Shown here: piece after piece, positions 52,405 through 64,000 of the stretch
Numbering within the stretch: the stretch's first letter is position 1
Layout of the letters: each line of letters starts with the position of its first letter
From: Octopus vulgaris
Taxonomy: Eukaryota
Reading direction: 5' to 3'
NCBI GenBank assembly: GCA_951406725.2
Contig: OX597839.1
Coordinates: forward strand, 4,154,001 to 4,218,000
Length of the DNA: 64,000 nucleotides
The notes under the pieces: generated by a model
Seen by the model: only the letters and a program-made list of their open reading frames with translations
Told to the model about the DNA's origin: nothing
The model's database searches: none
Translations under genes and position numbers: made by a program

Positions 52405-54529
52405 TTGTCTTAATTATTTTTAATTTTTAAATTAATTTAAATTTTTATTTACTTTCAGCTGAGACATTCTCGTCAAAAGATGCTTGATTCCTCTTTTTTC
52501 TCTAATGTAAGTTATTTGACTTTTAAATTTCCATTTCTGTTTTTGTATATGTGTGTGTGTGGTGTGTGCGTGCATGCGTGTGTGTGTGTGTGTGTGCATC
52601 CATGCATGCATGGTGAGCTATTGGTATGGTTGTTGACATCATTTTTTTGTTTTTTGTGGTTGAACTGTAACCAGTGAAGTTTGCTTGTAGTGGAGGCACA
52701 TGGCCTAGTGGTTAGAGCAGCAGACTCGCGGTCGAGGGATTGCGGGTTCAAATCTCAGACTGGGCGGTGTGTGTGTTTATGAGTGAAACACCTAAGCTCC
52801 ACACGGCTCCGGCAGAAAGTAATGGCGAACTTCTGCCAACTCTTTTGCCACAACTTTCTCTCACTCTTTCCTCCTGCATCTTGCAGCTCACCTGCGACGG
52901 ACCGGCGTTCCGTCCAGGTGGGGAACCTATACGTCAAGGAAATCGGGAAACCGGCCCTTATGATCCAGGCGTGGCTCGAGAAGGAACAAACAACAAGTGG
53001 AGTTTGTTGACCTCTGACAGCATATTGGCCACTAGCTATGAGCTTTTGAGCTCTTCAGGAAAGAAATACTTCTTATTTGAAAAACAGTTAAGTGTTGGTG
53101 ACAGGAAATGCATCCCACTGCAAAACTCTTACCTTAAATAATTTATTATCATCTTAGCCATTCTAGTATGGAAAAATACGTGTGTGTTTGAAATATTTTT
53201 GTATATGTTTGTGCTTCCTTATCTTGACATTGTATGATAGTTGTAAATGAATGTCACTGTCATACAAGCAGTGTCATTCATCATCATTATTCAGTGTTTT
53301 AAATCTGGGTTTTGTCCCCGTTAATGGGGGTAGCTGGATCTACCTCAATATCATAGCAACTGTGGTAGGCAGGTGAAGCCCACCCCAACCATTGGGCTGG
53401 CTGGTGCCCATTCTCCTTTGCTATCATGAGGGTTATTTTGGAGCTGGATTTTCTACAGGGAGCATGCCTTTGCTTACCCCCAACTTCAGTTTCGATACAT
53501 GAGTGATCCCGAGACCAAGGCCTCCACGACTTTTAAGAAATGTGGTGGAAAACTAGCTCAGGAAGGCAGGGATGCTACTCCCTGAGGCCCCTTTTGGAGC
53601 ACTCCTACCTTCAGCTGTGATATTCTGCAAGAACATCTCTGGCCATGGGGTAAAATTACCTATGTTTGGAAACAGGTGAAGCTTACAGTTGGGAACAGGA
53701 AGGGCATCCAACCATAAAACTAGTTCACAATAAGCTCCATCTGACCCATGCTAAGATGAAAAAGTAGATGCTAAATGATGATGATGATGAGGTGGAGAGA
53801 ATGATTTCACATAAAAAATCTTGCAAACGAAATGGGTAAATGAAATTTTAGCTGTATCCATTGCCATCATCATCCTCTTCATCATCATTTAATGACTGTT
53901 GTCCATGCTGGCATGGGTTGGATGGTTTGACTTAGGGCTGTCAAGCTGAGGGTCTGCACTAGATTCCAGTCTGTTTTTGGTATGGTTTCTATGGCTGGAT
54001 GCCCTTCCTAACATGCCAACCACTTTATAGAGTGTGCTGGGTACACTTTACATGGCACTGCATTGATGCTTTTACACAGCGCCAAAGAATAAAAAAATTA
54101 TCTACTGTCATGGATAATGTAACTGTAAAAATGCAGAACTATCAGAGTAATGGGCATTCAAAAAAGTATGTATGTATAGAAATGTATGAATGAAGTCTTT
54201 AAGGTTTAACATTCAAATCAAGGAAGTGCAATAATAATGAGCTTCAGCACAGATAAACCTTGTGTGAAAGACAAGCCTGTGCTCTCTTTTCCAATATCTC
54301 CTTTATTGAATGACACTGACCACATCTGATTTCCCGTTCATTGCAGAATTCTGCAAGCTATGTATATTCAAAGGGCAAGAGAGGAGTCAAAGGTTATGCG
54401 CGACTAGATGGACTGAAGCAGGTTGGCTTGTCAGATGGTGACCCAAACAAGAAACCAGGTAAGAAGCACTACAACAAGAACAAGAAAGAGAAACTGAGGC
54501 GAGTGTATCACCACCTGGATGAACACTGA
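29972..54529 (+). CDS. LSG1: Large subunit GTPase 1 homolog (circularly permuted YlqF/YawG GTPase, 60S maturation); 14 visible exons, G4-encoding exon not found
   Basis: Exons 29972-30061, 31280-31406, 34633-34753, 36394-36480, 38142-38228, 40421-40505, 41655-42287, 42828-42929, 44510-44653, 47506-47629, 49282-49361, 51191-51301, 52459-52506, 54347-54529 are all GT-AG and phase-compatible (2022 nt). Motifs HTSELNDGYEWGRLNLASVTEQ, LRIPRRP, TPYEKNLDFWRQLWRV, G1 GFPNVGKS, G2 TPGRT, G3 DCPG, ILKDYVNGKLLYC and basic C-terminus KKHYNKNKKEKLRR are LSG1 hallmarks. Confidence 0.96.
30593..31075. mobile_element. TTAGGG-containing TIR element copy in LSG1 intron 1, rearranged
   Basis: TIR at 30593; internal inverted duplication of the AT-rich arm; (CCCTAA)n at 30550-30570. 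Confidence 0.7.
31280..31406 (+). CDS. LSG1: LSG1 exon 2 (VHTSELNDGYEWGRLNL...AGTEFTA)
   Basis: cttcag acceptor, G|gtaaat donor. Confidence 0.96.
31965..32628. repeat. Inverted copy of the 16814-17498 composite repeat
   Basis: Reverse-complement match including the internal junction. Confidence 0.9.
33075..33540 (-). mobile_element. Tc1/mariner-superfamily transposase N-terminal fragment, degenerate
   Basis: ORF 33053-33388 MIDNDPSKSIKFIARDMG...QVVHEDIRYSSYKMRK, HTH-like. Confidence 0.65.
34030..34265. mobile_element. mariner-type MITE
   Basis: TIRs TTGGGTTGGTGCATAATTAT / ATAATTATGCACCAACCCAA flanked by TA. Confidence 0.85.
34633..34753 (+). CDS. LSG1: LSG1 exon 3 (EKLNVKFI...LLRIPRR)
   Basis: tttggcag acceptor, AG|gtttgt donor. 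Confidence 0.95.
36394..36480 (+). CDS. LSG1: LSG1 exon 4 (PDWDSNTTPEELAAKERELFLLWRKSLS)
   Basis: ctctgcag acceptor, AT|gtaagt donor. Confidence 0.95.
36648..36868. mobile_element. piggyBac-type MITE nested in another CCCTTT-ended MITE
   Basis: TTAA on both sides; similar to 43348-43568. Confidence 0.7.
37116..37960 (-). mobile_element. Degenerate mariner transposase fragment
   Basis: HHNVQPQTAR...PHPPYLPDIAPSDYHLF (decayed HDNARPH / YSPDLAPSDY); upstream extent approximate. Confidence 0.75.
38142..38228 (+). CDS. LSG1: LSG1 exon 5 (LQAEDHVTLTPYEKNLDFWRQLWRVLER)
   Basis: ccaaaag acceptor, AG|gtaact donor. Confidence 0.95.
40221..40266 (-). ncRNA. Type I hammerhead ribozyme with palindromic stem III, antisense in an LSG1 intron
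   Basis: Minus strand GGCCUG CUGAUGA GUAC guaa GUAU GAA AUCAC u GUGAU A CAGGUC. Confidence 0.78.
40421..40505 (+). CDS. LSG1: LSG1 exon (QYWAKYFSAEGVRVAFWSAIEETKKHQQ), G5 region
   Basis: ccatgcag acceptor, CAG|gtaagg donor; W..YF....V.FWSA motif. Confidence 0.92.
41655..42287 (+). CDS. LSG1: LSG1 long acidic low-complexity exon ending ...PGVTTLGM
   Basis: ttttccag acceptor, ATG|gtaagt donor, 211 codons, within ORF 41421-42350. Confidence 0.93.
42828..42929 (+). CDS. LSG1: LSG1 exon with G1/G2 (VGFPNVGKSSTINAILQTKKVPVSATPGRTKHFQ)
   Basis: tcttcag acceptor, CAG|gtaaaa donor; P-loop. Confidence 0.97.
43059..43343 (-). mobile_element. RTE (BovB-like) LINE 3' fragment
   Basis: Minus-strand RLAYFGHIMRRKSPEKDIMLGMVSGKRGRGRP followed by a short (GATA)n tail. 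Confidence 0.75.
43348..43568. mobile_element. piggyBac-type MITE
   Basis: TTAA|CCCTTTCGTTAC ... GTAACAAAAGGG|TTAA; second copy 36648-36868. Confidence 0.8.
44510..44653 (+). CDS. LSG1: LSG1 exon with G3 (TLFVDKSVMLCDCPGLVFPSF...GILPIDQLRDHVPPVSL)
   Basis: cctttcag acceptor, TTG|gtaagt donor. Confidence 0.97.
45987..46753 (+). repeat. Tandem array of five ~147-bp units derived from the 3' end of family C
   Basis: GTAAAAGCACCCACTACACTCTC recurs at ~45987, 46134, 46280, 46427, 46571; single (GAT)n tail. Confidence 0.9.
47506..47629 (+). CDS. LSG1: LSG1 exon (VCQQIPRTILEDIYGI...ELLNAYG)
   Basis: ttctcag acceptor, T|gtaagt donor. Confidence 0.95.
49282..49361 (+). CDS. LSG1: LSG1 exon (YMRGFMTPSSVPDCPRSSRYILKDYVN)
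   Basis: ctttcag acceptor, AAT|gtatgt donor. Confidence 0.95.
49538..49956. mobile_element. Full-length TTAGGG-containing TIR element inserted into a SINE
   Basis: Both TIRs intact; flanks CTTATTTC / CCTATTTC (8-bp TSD, one mismatch). Confidence 0.85.
51191..51301 (+). CDS. LSG1: LSG1 exon (GKLLYCHPPPGV...ENSQ)
   Basis: ttgacag acceptor, CAG|gtaaga donor. Confidence 0.93.
52459..52506 (+). CDS. LSG1: LSG1 small exon (LRHSRQKMLDSSFFSN)
   Basis: actttcag acceptor, AAT|gtaagt donor; D..FF motif; phase 0/0. Confidence 0.8.
54347..54529 (+). CDS. LSG1: LSG1 terminal exon (NSASYVYSKGKRG...KKHYNKNKKEKLRRVYHHLDEH*)
   Basis: cattgcag acceptor, TGA stop; basic C-terminus typical of LSG1. Confidence 0.93.
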   Translation, partial: NSASYVYSKGKRGVKGYARLDGLKQVGLSDGDPNKKPGKKHYNKNKKEKLRRVYHHLDEH

Positions 54530-54766
54530 GGTCTTGTCAAGAGGAAATGTTATTAGTGTGAGAAATAGATGCATTATATGTACAATATATATATATATAT
54601 ATAAAATGTCTATGTGCATTCTAACATACCCACACACATATATATTATGTATATTCATGCTCCTATGTATTATATAATTATATTTGTGTGTCTACATATA
54701 TATATATGAATGTGTATCTATATTTATATACATATATAATTATTTTATTTGCTATATTTTTTTGAC

Positions 54767-54783
54767 AATAAATCATTAATAAA
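54767..54783 (+). promoter_or_regulatory. Tandem AATAAA polyadenylation signals of LSG1
   Basis: AATAAA at 54767 and 54778, ~240 nt after the stop. Confidence 0.55.
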
Positions 54784-54799
54784 GGATACAAAAGCAGAC

Positions 54800-54833
<34 letters not shown>

Positions 54834-54969
54834 GAAATTGCCTTTCAGGGTCAATGAATTAAGTAGCAGTCAAATACTGGGGTCGATGTGATCGACTTAC
54901 CCCCTTCCCCCAAAATTTCAGGCCTTGTGCCTACACTAGAAAGGATGATTATTATTGTTGTTGTTGTTG

Positions 54970-55022
<53 letters not shown>

Positions 55023-56163
55023 AGGTGGTGAGCAGGCAGAATTGTTAGCATGCTGTCTTTACATTCTGAGTTCAAATTTCACTGAGGTCAACTTTGCCTT
55101 TCATTCTTTCAGGGTTGATTAAATATGTACCAGTGTAACATTGGGGGTCAATGTGATCAACTAGTCCCTTCCTCCCGAATTTCAGGCCTTGTACCTTTAG
55201 TAGGAAGGATCATCATCATCATCGTTTAACATCCATTTTCCATGCTAGCATGAGTTGGACGATTTTGACTGAGGGCTGGTGAACCAGATGGCTGCACCAG
55301 GCTCCAGTCTTGATCATTATTATTAAGCTGGGAGATCTGGTAGAATCGTTAGCATTCTGGGCACAATACTTCGTGATATTTCGTCTGTCACTGTGTTGTG
55401 TGTTCAAATCCTGCTGAGGTTGACATTGTCTTTCATCCTTTAGGGGTCGATAAATTAAGTGCTGTAATTGACTATTCTTCTCCCCCAAATTTCAGGCGTT
55501 GTGCTTATTGTAGAAAGGGTTATTATTATTATTAAGGTGGTGAGCTGGCAGAATTGTTAGCATGCTGGGCAAAATGCTTAGCGGCAAAGAATAAGTCCTT
55601 GGGTAGATTTCTTCAACTAAAACACTTTAAGGCGGTGCTCCAGTGTGGCCGCAGTCAAATGACTGAAGCATATAAAAGAATACACATATACTGTATATCA
55701 TTCAACTATGGTAGTAGTTGAATAATCGATACCAAATTCTGTTTTTTGAATTGTGTTTGACTAGTGATAAGCTACATTTAGACAGAAAATACTTAAAATC
55801 TGATGCAGTAGAACAAAAGGTAAGCGGAAAAAATATATAGGCCAAACTGGTTGACTGACGGGTTGTAATGCCTGACATCAACACTTTGAATCCACACCAC
55901 TCTTTTAATTTTGATTTAAAATTATTATATTGATATTAATATGAAAGAGAAAACACAAATAATTGATACAAAGAGTTCTAATATTTATTAAGGCGACACT
56001 GGGTAAATGATGTTTTACACCTTTTTACCATCAGAGAGAATTTTTCTCCACGGTAATTGCAGTGAATTTGCTTTGTAGCAGTTGAAATATATCACAAACT
56101 TATTTTAACTAAACTAAATTTTGCACACACACACACATACATATGTTTGACTAAATCCTCTAA

Positions 56164-56384
56164 CCCTTTAGCATTTAAACTGGCCATATCCGGCCAAAAA
56201 TATTCAACCTGTTTTATGTTCAAACTGGCTAGATCTGGTCTCTCACACCAACCCTACAATATCGTTTTAAAAATTAACAGCTACCTCATCAAAATCTCAG
56301 AGCTATAAGATAATTCATGATTAGTTCGAAACAATGAGGATGAAGAAGCATTAATTTTGGCAGAATAATACGAACACTAAAGGG
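56164..56384. mobile_element. Second piggyBac-type MITE family (other copies ~16490-16712, ~17500-17624)
   Basis: CCCTTTAGCATT ... AACACTAAAGGG|TTAA. Confidence 0.65.
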
Positions 56385-56542
56385 TTAAGGCAGTGCTCCA
56401 GCATGACCACAATCTAATGTCTGAGAAACAAGTAAAAGATTAAAGAAAGAAATCAATATATAAATAAATTAATTAATCAATAAAAAACCTCGAATAAAGA
56501 TTTACAAGAATATATGATGCTCATCTCAGATATTTAATTTCG

Positions 56543-56575
<33 letters not shown>

Positions 56576-56690
56576 AGTTGGAAGATTAGTTGTTGTAGCT
56601 GTTGTGGGAGTAAATGAAAAATGTGCGGGAAAGAATTTGAGGTGACTAAGTGATTCTGGTAAAATTCGTAGAGAGGTATCCTGATGAGGT

Positions 56691-58978
<2,288 letters not shown>

Positions 58979-59480
58979 CTAAAACCACAATTGTAGGGGA
59001 AAGTGTATAGTCTTATACATGACTCATAGCACTCTCAACAGTCATGAATTAGTTAATAAATTTAATCAATCAATCAATCAATGTTGTTATCGTGCAATGC
59101 CTGTGCAAGAAGATTTTTTTAAAGTGAGGAAAGGCTGTCAATCCCACTCACTAAGCAACAGCAGCCATAATCCGAAAAGAAGAACAAGTCAACATCATCG
59201 GTAACCACTGAGCCGCAGGTTTTATGTCGGAGTTATCCCAGTTACCTGAGTTGCCGTCTCCTAGAAGGATGCCCTAACAAAGGCTAGGGGTCCTTCACTC
59301 CCAATGGTTTAACCGCACGACCGGGTATTCAGTCCGATTATTTCTATGTCTCCGCGCATGATACAGCCTTAAGCTCGAGAAGATTGATATAAGGGAAAAA
59401 AAACACGATGTATATATATAAAAAAATAGTGATATACAAAATATACATACATACATACATACATACATACATACATACAT

Positions 59481-59513
<33 letters not shown>

Positions 59514-59832
59514 GACATCATATATATGAACTCTTTTATTCTTTTATACGTTTCAGCTCTAAGGCTGTGGCCATGATGGAGCACTGCTAGTGAAAATTTT
59601 AGCAAGAACCTCTAACATAAGACCTGGAAAGAATTGAACTTCCTCTGTCTAGGTTCATATCTCCCTTGTCTTTATCCACAAGATTATCAAGACACCATCT
59701 CTCTCTCCCCCTCTCTCCTCTCTCCCCCGCTCTCTCTATATATGTATGTATGTATTTTTATATATATGTATATATGTATGTATGTATATATATTTATATA
59801 TATATATGTATATATGTATGTATGTATATATA

Positions 59833-59892
<60 letters not shown>

Positions 59893-59919
59893 TTTAATAA
59901 TAATAATAATAAAGATGAT

Positions 59920-59954
<35 letters not shown>

Positions 59955-59969
59955 TAATAATAATAATAA

Positions 59970-60855
59970 AGCCCTGACCCATCAATGGCTAATGACCTCT
60001 GGCTTAAAATCTGAAACAGAGGGATTTATCATAGCAGCTCAAGATCAATGCCTACCAACAAGAAACTACCAGGCCAGCATATTAAAGAACGGCAGTAGCC
60101 CAACATGTCGTGTATGTCAACAACAAAATGAAACCATTGATCATGTTGTCTCCAAGTGCAGTCTTCTAGCGCCTACAGAGTATCTCAACAGGCATGATAG
60201 AGCTGCACAATATATTCACTGAGTCATTTGCAAAAACCTGGATTTGCCCCATGAAAAAAACTGGTGAGAACACAAACCACCTCCAGTGCTTGAAAATGAC
60301 CACATCTCACTCCTCTGGAACTTCACCATTCAAACTGACAGAAAGATCGATGCAAATAGGCCAGACATCATATTGAAAGACTTCAGACAAAGAACATGCC
60401 TCCTCATTGATATGACTGTCCCAATCGATATAAACGTATCTGTCAAGACCTACCAAAAACTGAGCAAATATAAAGATCTTGAAATAGAAATCAGCAAAAT
60501 GTGGAACCTGAAGACTAAAACAATACCTGTTGTCATAGGTGCCCTGGGAATGATAGCGAAAGGGGCTGATTGCTACCTAACTCAGATACTAGGAAACCCC
60601 AAAAGGGCAGAAATTCAAAAGATAGTGCGCATGGGAACTGCTCATATCCTACGCAAAATACTTTCTATGTAATCTCAAGTTTTAAAACAAACATAATTTT
60701 TTTTTTAGACATTCACTAGTACAACACCAAAAAAAACCCTCCAAATATATGGCACTCTAGGCATAACAACAACGTGAACTTCCAACCTGTTGTCTCTTGA
60801 GGTCTCTGGGTGAGACTTGGAGCCAACTTGTACAAATATAAAGCAAAAGTCAAAC

Positions 60856-60857
<2 letters not shown>
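59970..60857 (+). pseudogene. 5'-truncated restriction-like-endonuclease LINE (R4/Dong-like) in a (TAA)n tract
   Basis: AAQDQCL, CCHC knuckle CRVCQQQNETIDHVVSKC, RHD, RPD, KLSKY, PVVIGALG; two in-frame TGA where Trp is expected; AAT repeats on both sides. Confidence 0.85.
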
Positions 60858-60918
<61 letters not shown>

Positions 60919-61319
60919 GTGACAACAAAAGAATGAGACCTCGATATTAGGTAAATAGAGGATTATTTAGATATGTATAGTTGAGGACAATCAGTAACGG
61001 GGGCTGAGCATGTACAAGTCTTGTGTGTAATTCTGTTCATTTGTCATCCATCTGTGTAATTTCTGTCTGTTTGCCTGCCTGCCTGTCTGTGTGTGTGTAT
61101 GTTTGTGTGTCTGCGTTTGTCCCCTCCACCATCGCTTGACAACCGATGTTGGTATGTTTACACTGCCGTAAATTAGCGGTTCGGCAAAAGCGAACGATAA
61201 AATAAGTACTAGGCTTACAAAGAATAAGTCCTGTGGGCGATTTGTTCGACTAAAGGCGGTGCTCCAGCATGGTCGGAGTCAAATGACTGAAACAAATAAA
61301 AGAAAAGAATATATATAAT

Positions 61320-61880
61320 TTTTTTTTCTTGTTTCAGCTCAGAGCTGCGGCCATGCTGATGCACCGCCGTTTTGTGCTACACTTTTATTACTAAGAGTCT
61401 CCTCTAATATGTGGCACTTGGTGAAGAATGGAGTTTGATATAGCTACCCTCATTTGCACCTCTTGCCGTGAGGTAGGTTCATCTGGGATTCTCGATCGGA
61501 AGATGTCCAGCTTTGATTTAAAAACCGCTACATCTACTTTGTGCAAGTTCCTCAGACTTTTTGGGAGAATATTAAAAAGCTGTGGGCCCTTGAAACCCAG
61601 GCTGTTGCAGAAGCTGGTCCTGAAGCGTGATGGCATTGCTGGGATCTTTGGCACTATGCAGTGTCGTCCCGTTCTAGCATTGGTGTAGCTTACAATGCCA
61701 AAATTTGGCACAATTCCTTCCAGGATCTTCCAGACATATATTACTGCATACCTCTCCCGCCTTCTCTCCAGGGAGTAGAGTCTTAGCTGTTTCAACCTTT
61801 CCCAGTAGCTGAGCTGTTGCAAAGAGATCATCTTCTTTGTGAATCTTCTCTAGATTGCTTCAAGGTTCGCTGTTAATTTT
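61320..61880 (-). mobile_element. CR1/L2-group LINE 3' fragment
   Basis: LSYWERLKQLRLYSLERRRERYAVIYVWKIL...GPQLFNILPKSLR...FKSKLD. Confidence 0.85.
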
Positions 61881-61948
61881 ACACGTGGTTTATAAGTGAC
61901 AGTTATGTTACTAGTATCGAAAGATCGCCCTTTGAAGTATTGTAGTCG

Positions 61949-62034
<86 letters not shown>

Positions 62035-62045
62035 CATATATATAT

Positions 62046-62242
62046 AGGGAGAGTTTACGAAAAAAACAAAAGACGAAGGCTGGTGGTGTAGAAAATAAAG
62101 AGATGTATTAGTATAATGCTCAGGAATAGAAGTCTTTTATGTTTCGAGCTTACGCTCTTCTACAGAAAGGGACACAGAAAAAAAACAAGGAGAGAAAAAA
62201 AGGAAAGAAAAAATGTGTGTAGTGGCTAACGATCTATCATGG
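62046..62242 (-). mobile_element. Third copy of the hammerhead-variant repeat
   Basis: CUUU CUGUAGA a GAGC guaa GCUC GAAA CAUA AAAG at ~62169-62134. Confidence 0.6.
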
Positions 62243-62488
62243 CAACTGACTTCGGACTGAAGGGTCGCACACGAGAGCGAAGCATTTGATGTACTCAATG
62301 CGCGTCATTCAGGTTTCAGCTCTAATATTAATCGCGTTGAATTCTCACTGTCGCTTGTACACAGAGGTTAACCATATCCGAGGGTGAGATGTAACGTAAT
62401 GCAAAGAGCACAAAAACAGTAATAAGAGAAAAACAAAACAAAACAAAACAAAAAAAAACATGCGCATTGACTTGGTGCTCTTATATTT

Positions 62489-62582
62489 CAATTGCTACAC
62501 ACGTTTCGGTATTCAACAGCAACACTATTGAGAGAGGCGGTAGAGTGCCAACATGAGGAGCGAGCACATCGTCAGAGAGTTA
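62489..62582 (-). ncRNA. Degenerate inverted copy of the long-stem-II hammerhead
   Basis: CUGACGA u GUGCUCG...UGAAUAC c GAA ACGUGUGU A; stem I weakened by mismatches. Confidence 0.4.
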
Positions 62583-62804
62583 CAGAGAAAATAGGAGTAT
62601 GAGGCCAGCAGCAACCGAATTTAAAATCACCGGAGGGGGGGGGGGGGCACTGGCCAGATGGGGAAAGGAGTGATACAGGAGGTAAGGTGGTTATATTAGT
62701 CAGTTTCCTCAACCTACCTCCTCTATCTTTCCCTCCTCCTCTGGCCTGTATCTCTCGTGTGTTTAAATTTTGTTGCTGCTGGTCTCATCCTTGTGTGTCC
62801 TCTG

Positions 62805-62916
62805 TAACTGTCTGATGATGTGTTTGCTTACCGTGCTGGCCCTATGAGCCGCATCTACTGGTTACATTTATTGTGTGATGTCGTGTTGCCGAATACTGAA
62901 ACATATGTAACAATTG
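62805..62916 (+). ncRNA. Hammerhead-like fold with ~80-nt stem II domain
   Basis: UAACUGU CUGAUGA u GUGUUUG...CGAAUAC u GAA ACAUAUGU A ACAAUUG; GUA triplet. Confidence 0.55.
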
Positions 62917-62951
62917 AAATATATGAGTATCAAGTCGAAGTATATGGTCTT

Positions 62952-62952
<1 letters not shown>

Positions 62953-63041
<89 letters not shown>

Positions 63042-63870
63042 CATCCATCCATCTCTCCCTCCCTCCATCCATCCATCCATCCATCCATCTATCTATCTCT
63101 CCATCCATCCATCCATCCATCCATCCATCCATCCATCCATCCATCCATCCATCTCTCCATCCATCCACCCATCCATCCATCTCTCCATCCATCCATCCAT
63201 CTCTCCATCCATCCATCCATCCATCCATCTCTCCATCCATCCATCTCTCCAACCATCCATCCATCCATCCATCCATCCATCCATCTCTCCAACCACCCAT
63301 CCATCCATCCATCCATCCATCCATCTCTCCTTCCACCCATCCATCCATCCATCCATCCATCCATCCATCCATCCATCCATCCATCTCTCCATCCATCCAC
63401 CCATCCATCCATCTCTCCATCCATCCATCCATCTCTCCATCCATCCATCCATCCATCCATCTCTCCATCCATCCATCTCTCCAACCATCCATCCATCCAT
63501 CCATCCATCCATCCATCTCTCCAACCATCCATCCATCCATCCATCCATCTCTCCATCCATCCATCCATCCATCCATCCATCCATCTCTCCATCTCTCCAT
63601 CCATCCATCTCTCCAACCATCCATCTCTCCAACCATCCATCCATCCATCCATCCATCTCTCCATCTCTCCATCCATCCATCTCTCCAACCATCCATCCAT
63701 CCATCCATCCATCTCTCCATCTCTCCATCCATCCATCTCTCCAACCATCCATCCATCCATCCATCCATCCATCCATCCATCCATCCATCCATCCATCTCT
63801 CCATCTCTCCATCCATCCATCCATCCATCCATCTCTCCATCTCTCCATCCATCCATCCATCCATCCATCT
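62953..63870. repeat. (TATC)n followed by degenerate (CATC)n satellite
   Basis: direct inspection; explains the MDGW ORFs. Confidence 0.97.
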
Positions 63871-64000
63871 ACATACCATCTACATACCAGCTACCTGCCT
63901 GCCTGTCCGTCCGTCCGACTTGTCTCTCTATACAGGGCTTTCATACAGTTTCCCCTCTGTCTAATTCACTCACAAGGTATTGGTTGGCCCGTGGCTTTAG

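Larger units (their letters stand above)
62467..62937. repeat. ~470-bp imperfect palindrome
   Basis: Arms match in reverse complement, e.g. ATGAGGCCAGCAGCAACCGAATTTAAA vs TTTAAATTTTGTTGCTGCTGGTCTCAT; centre ~62700. Confidence 0.85.

Noticed and set aside
62832-62895. Possible upstream exon of the orphan minus-strand gene
   Set aside because: Lies in the palindromic repeat arm and ends in no open frame compatible with the phase-0 downstream exon; could at most be non-coding

Overview
Eukaryotic (animal) genomic DNA, AT-rich and packed with SINEs and microsatellites. The repeat families look like coleoid cephalopod, probably Octopus (my inference from repeat recognition). Hand splicing gives three genes. 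(1) A complete 12-coding-exon class I ([4Fe-4S], FumA/FumB-type) fumarate hydratase on the minus strand (25929->5289, 574 aa) with a mitochondrial-type presequence. (2) A divergently transcribed LSG1 60S-export GTPase on the plus strand (29972->54529, 14 visible exons); the exon(s) for the DAR/NKxD (G4) segment are missing at a site of short duplications, probably an assembly artefact. (3) Two in-frame exons of an unknown convergent gene (58978->56691). The main hidden signal is a set of type I hammerhead-ribozyme folds: a canonical one sense in a fumarase intron (21406-21469), one antisense in an LSG1 intron (40221-40266), a three-copy minimal variant with a CUGUNGA-A core, a tandem 188-bp retrozyme/Penelope-LTR-like pair, and two long-stem-II copies head-to-head in a ~470-bp palindrome. 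Also present are tRNA-derived SINEs, CR1/L2, RTE and R4/Dong-like LINE remnants, mariner- and piggyBac-type MITEs, a TTAGGG-containing TIR element family, an 88-bp minisatellite and a perfect 36-bp hairpin. Most ORFs in the supplied track are repeat artefacts.
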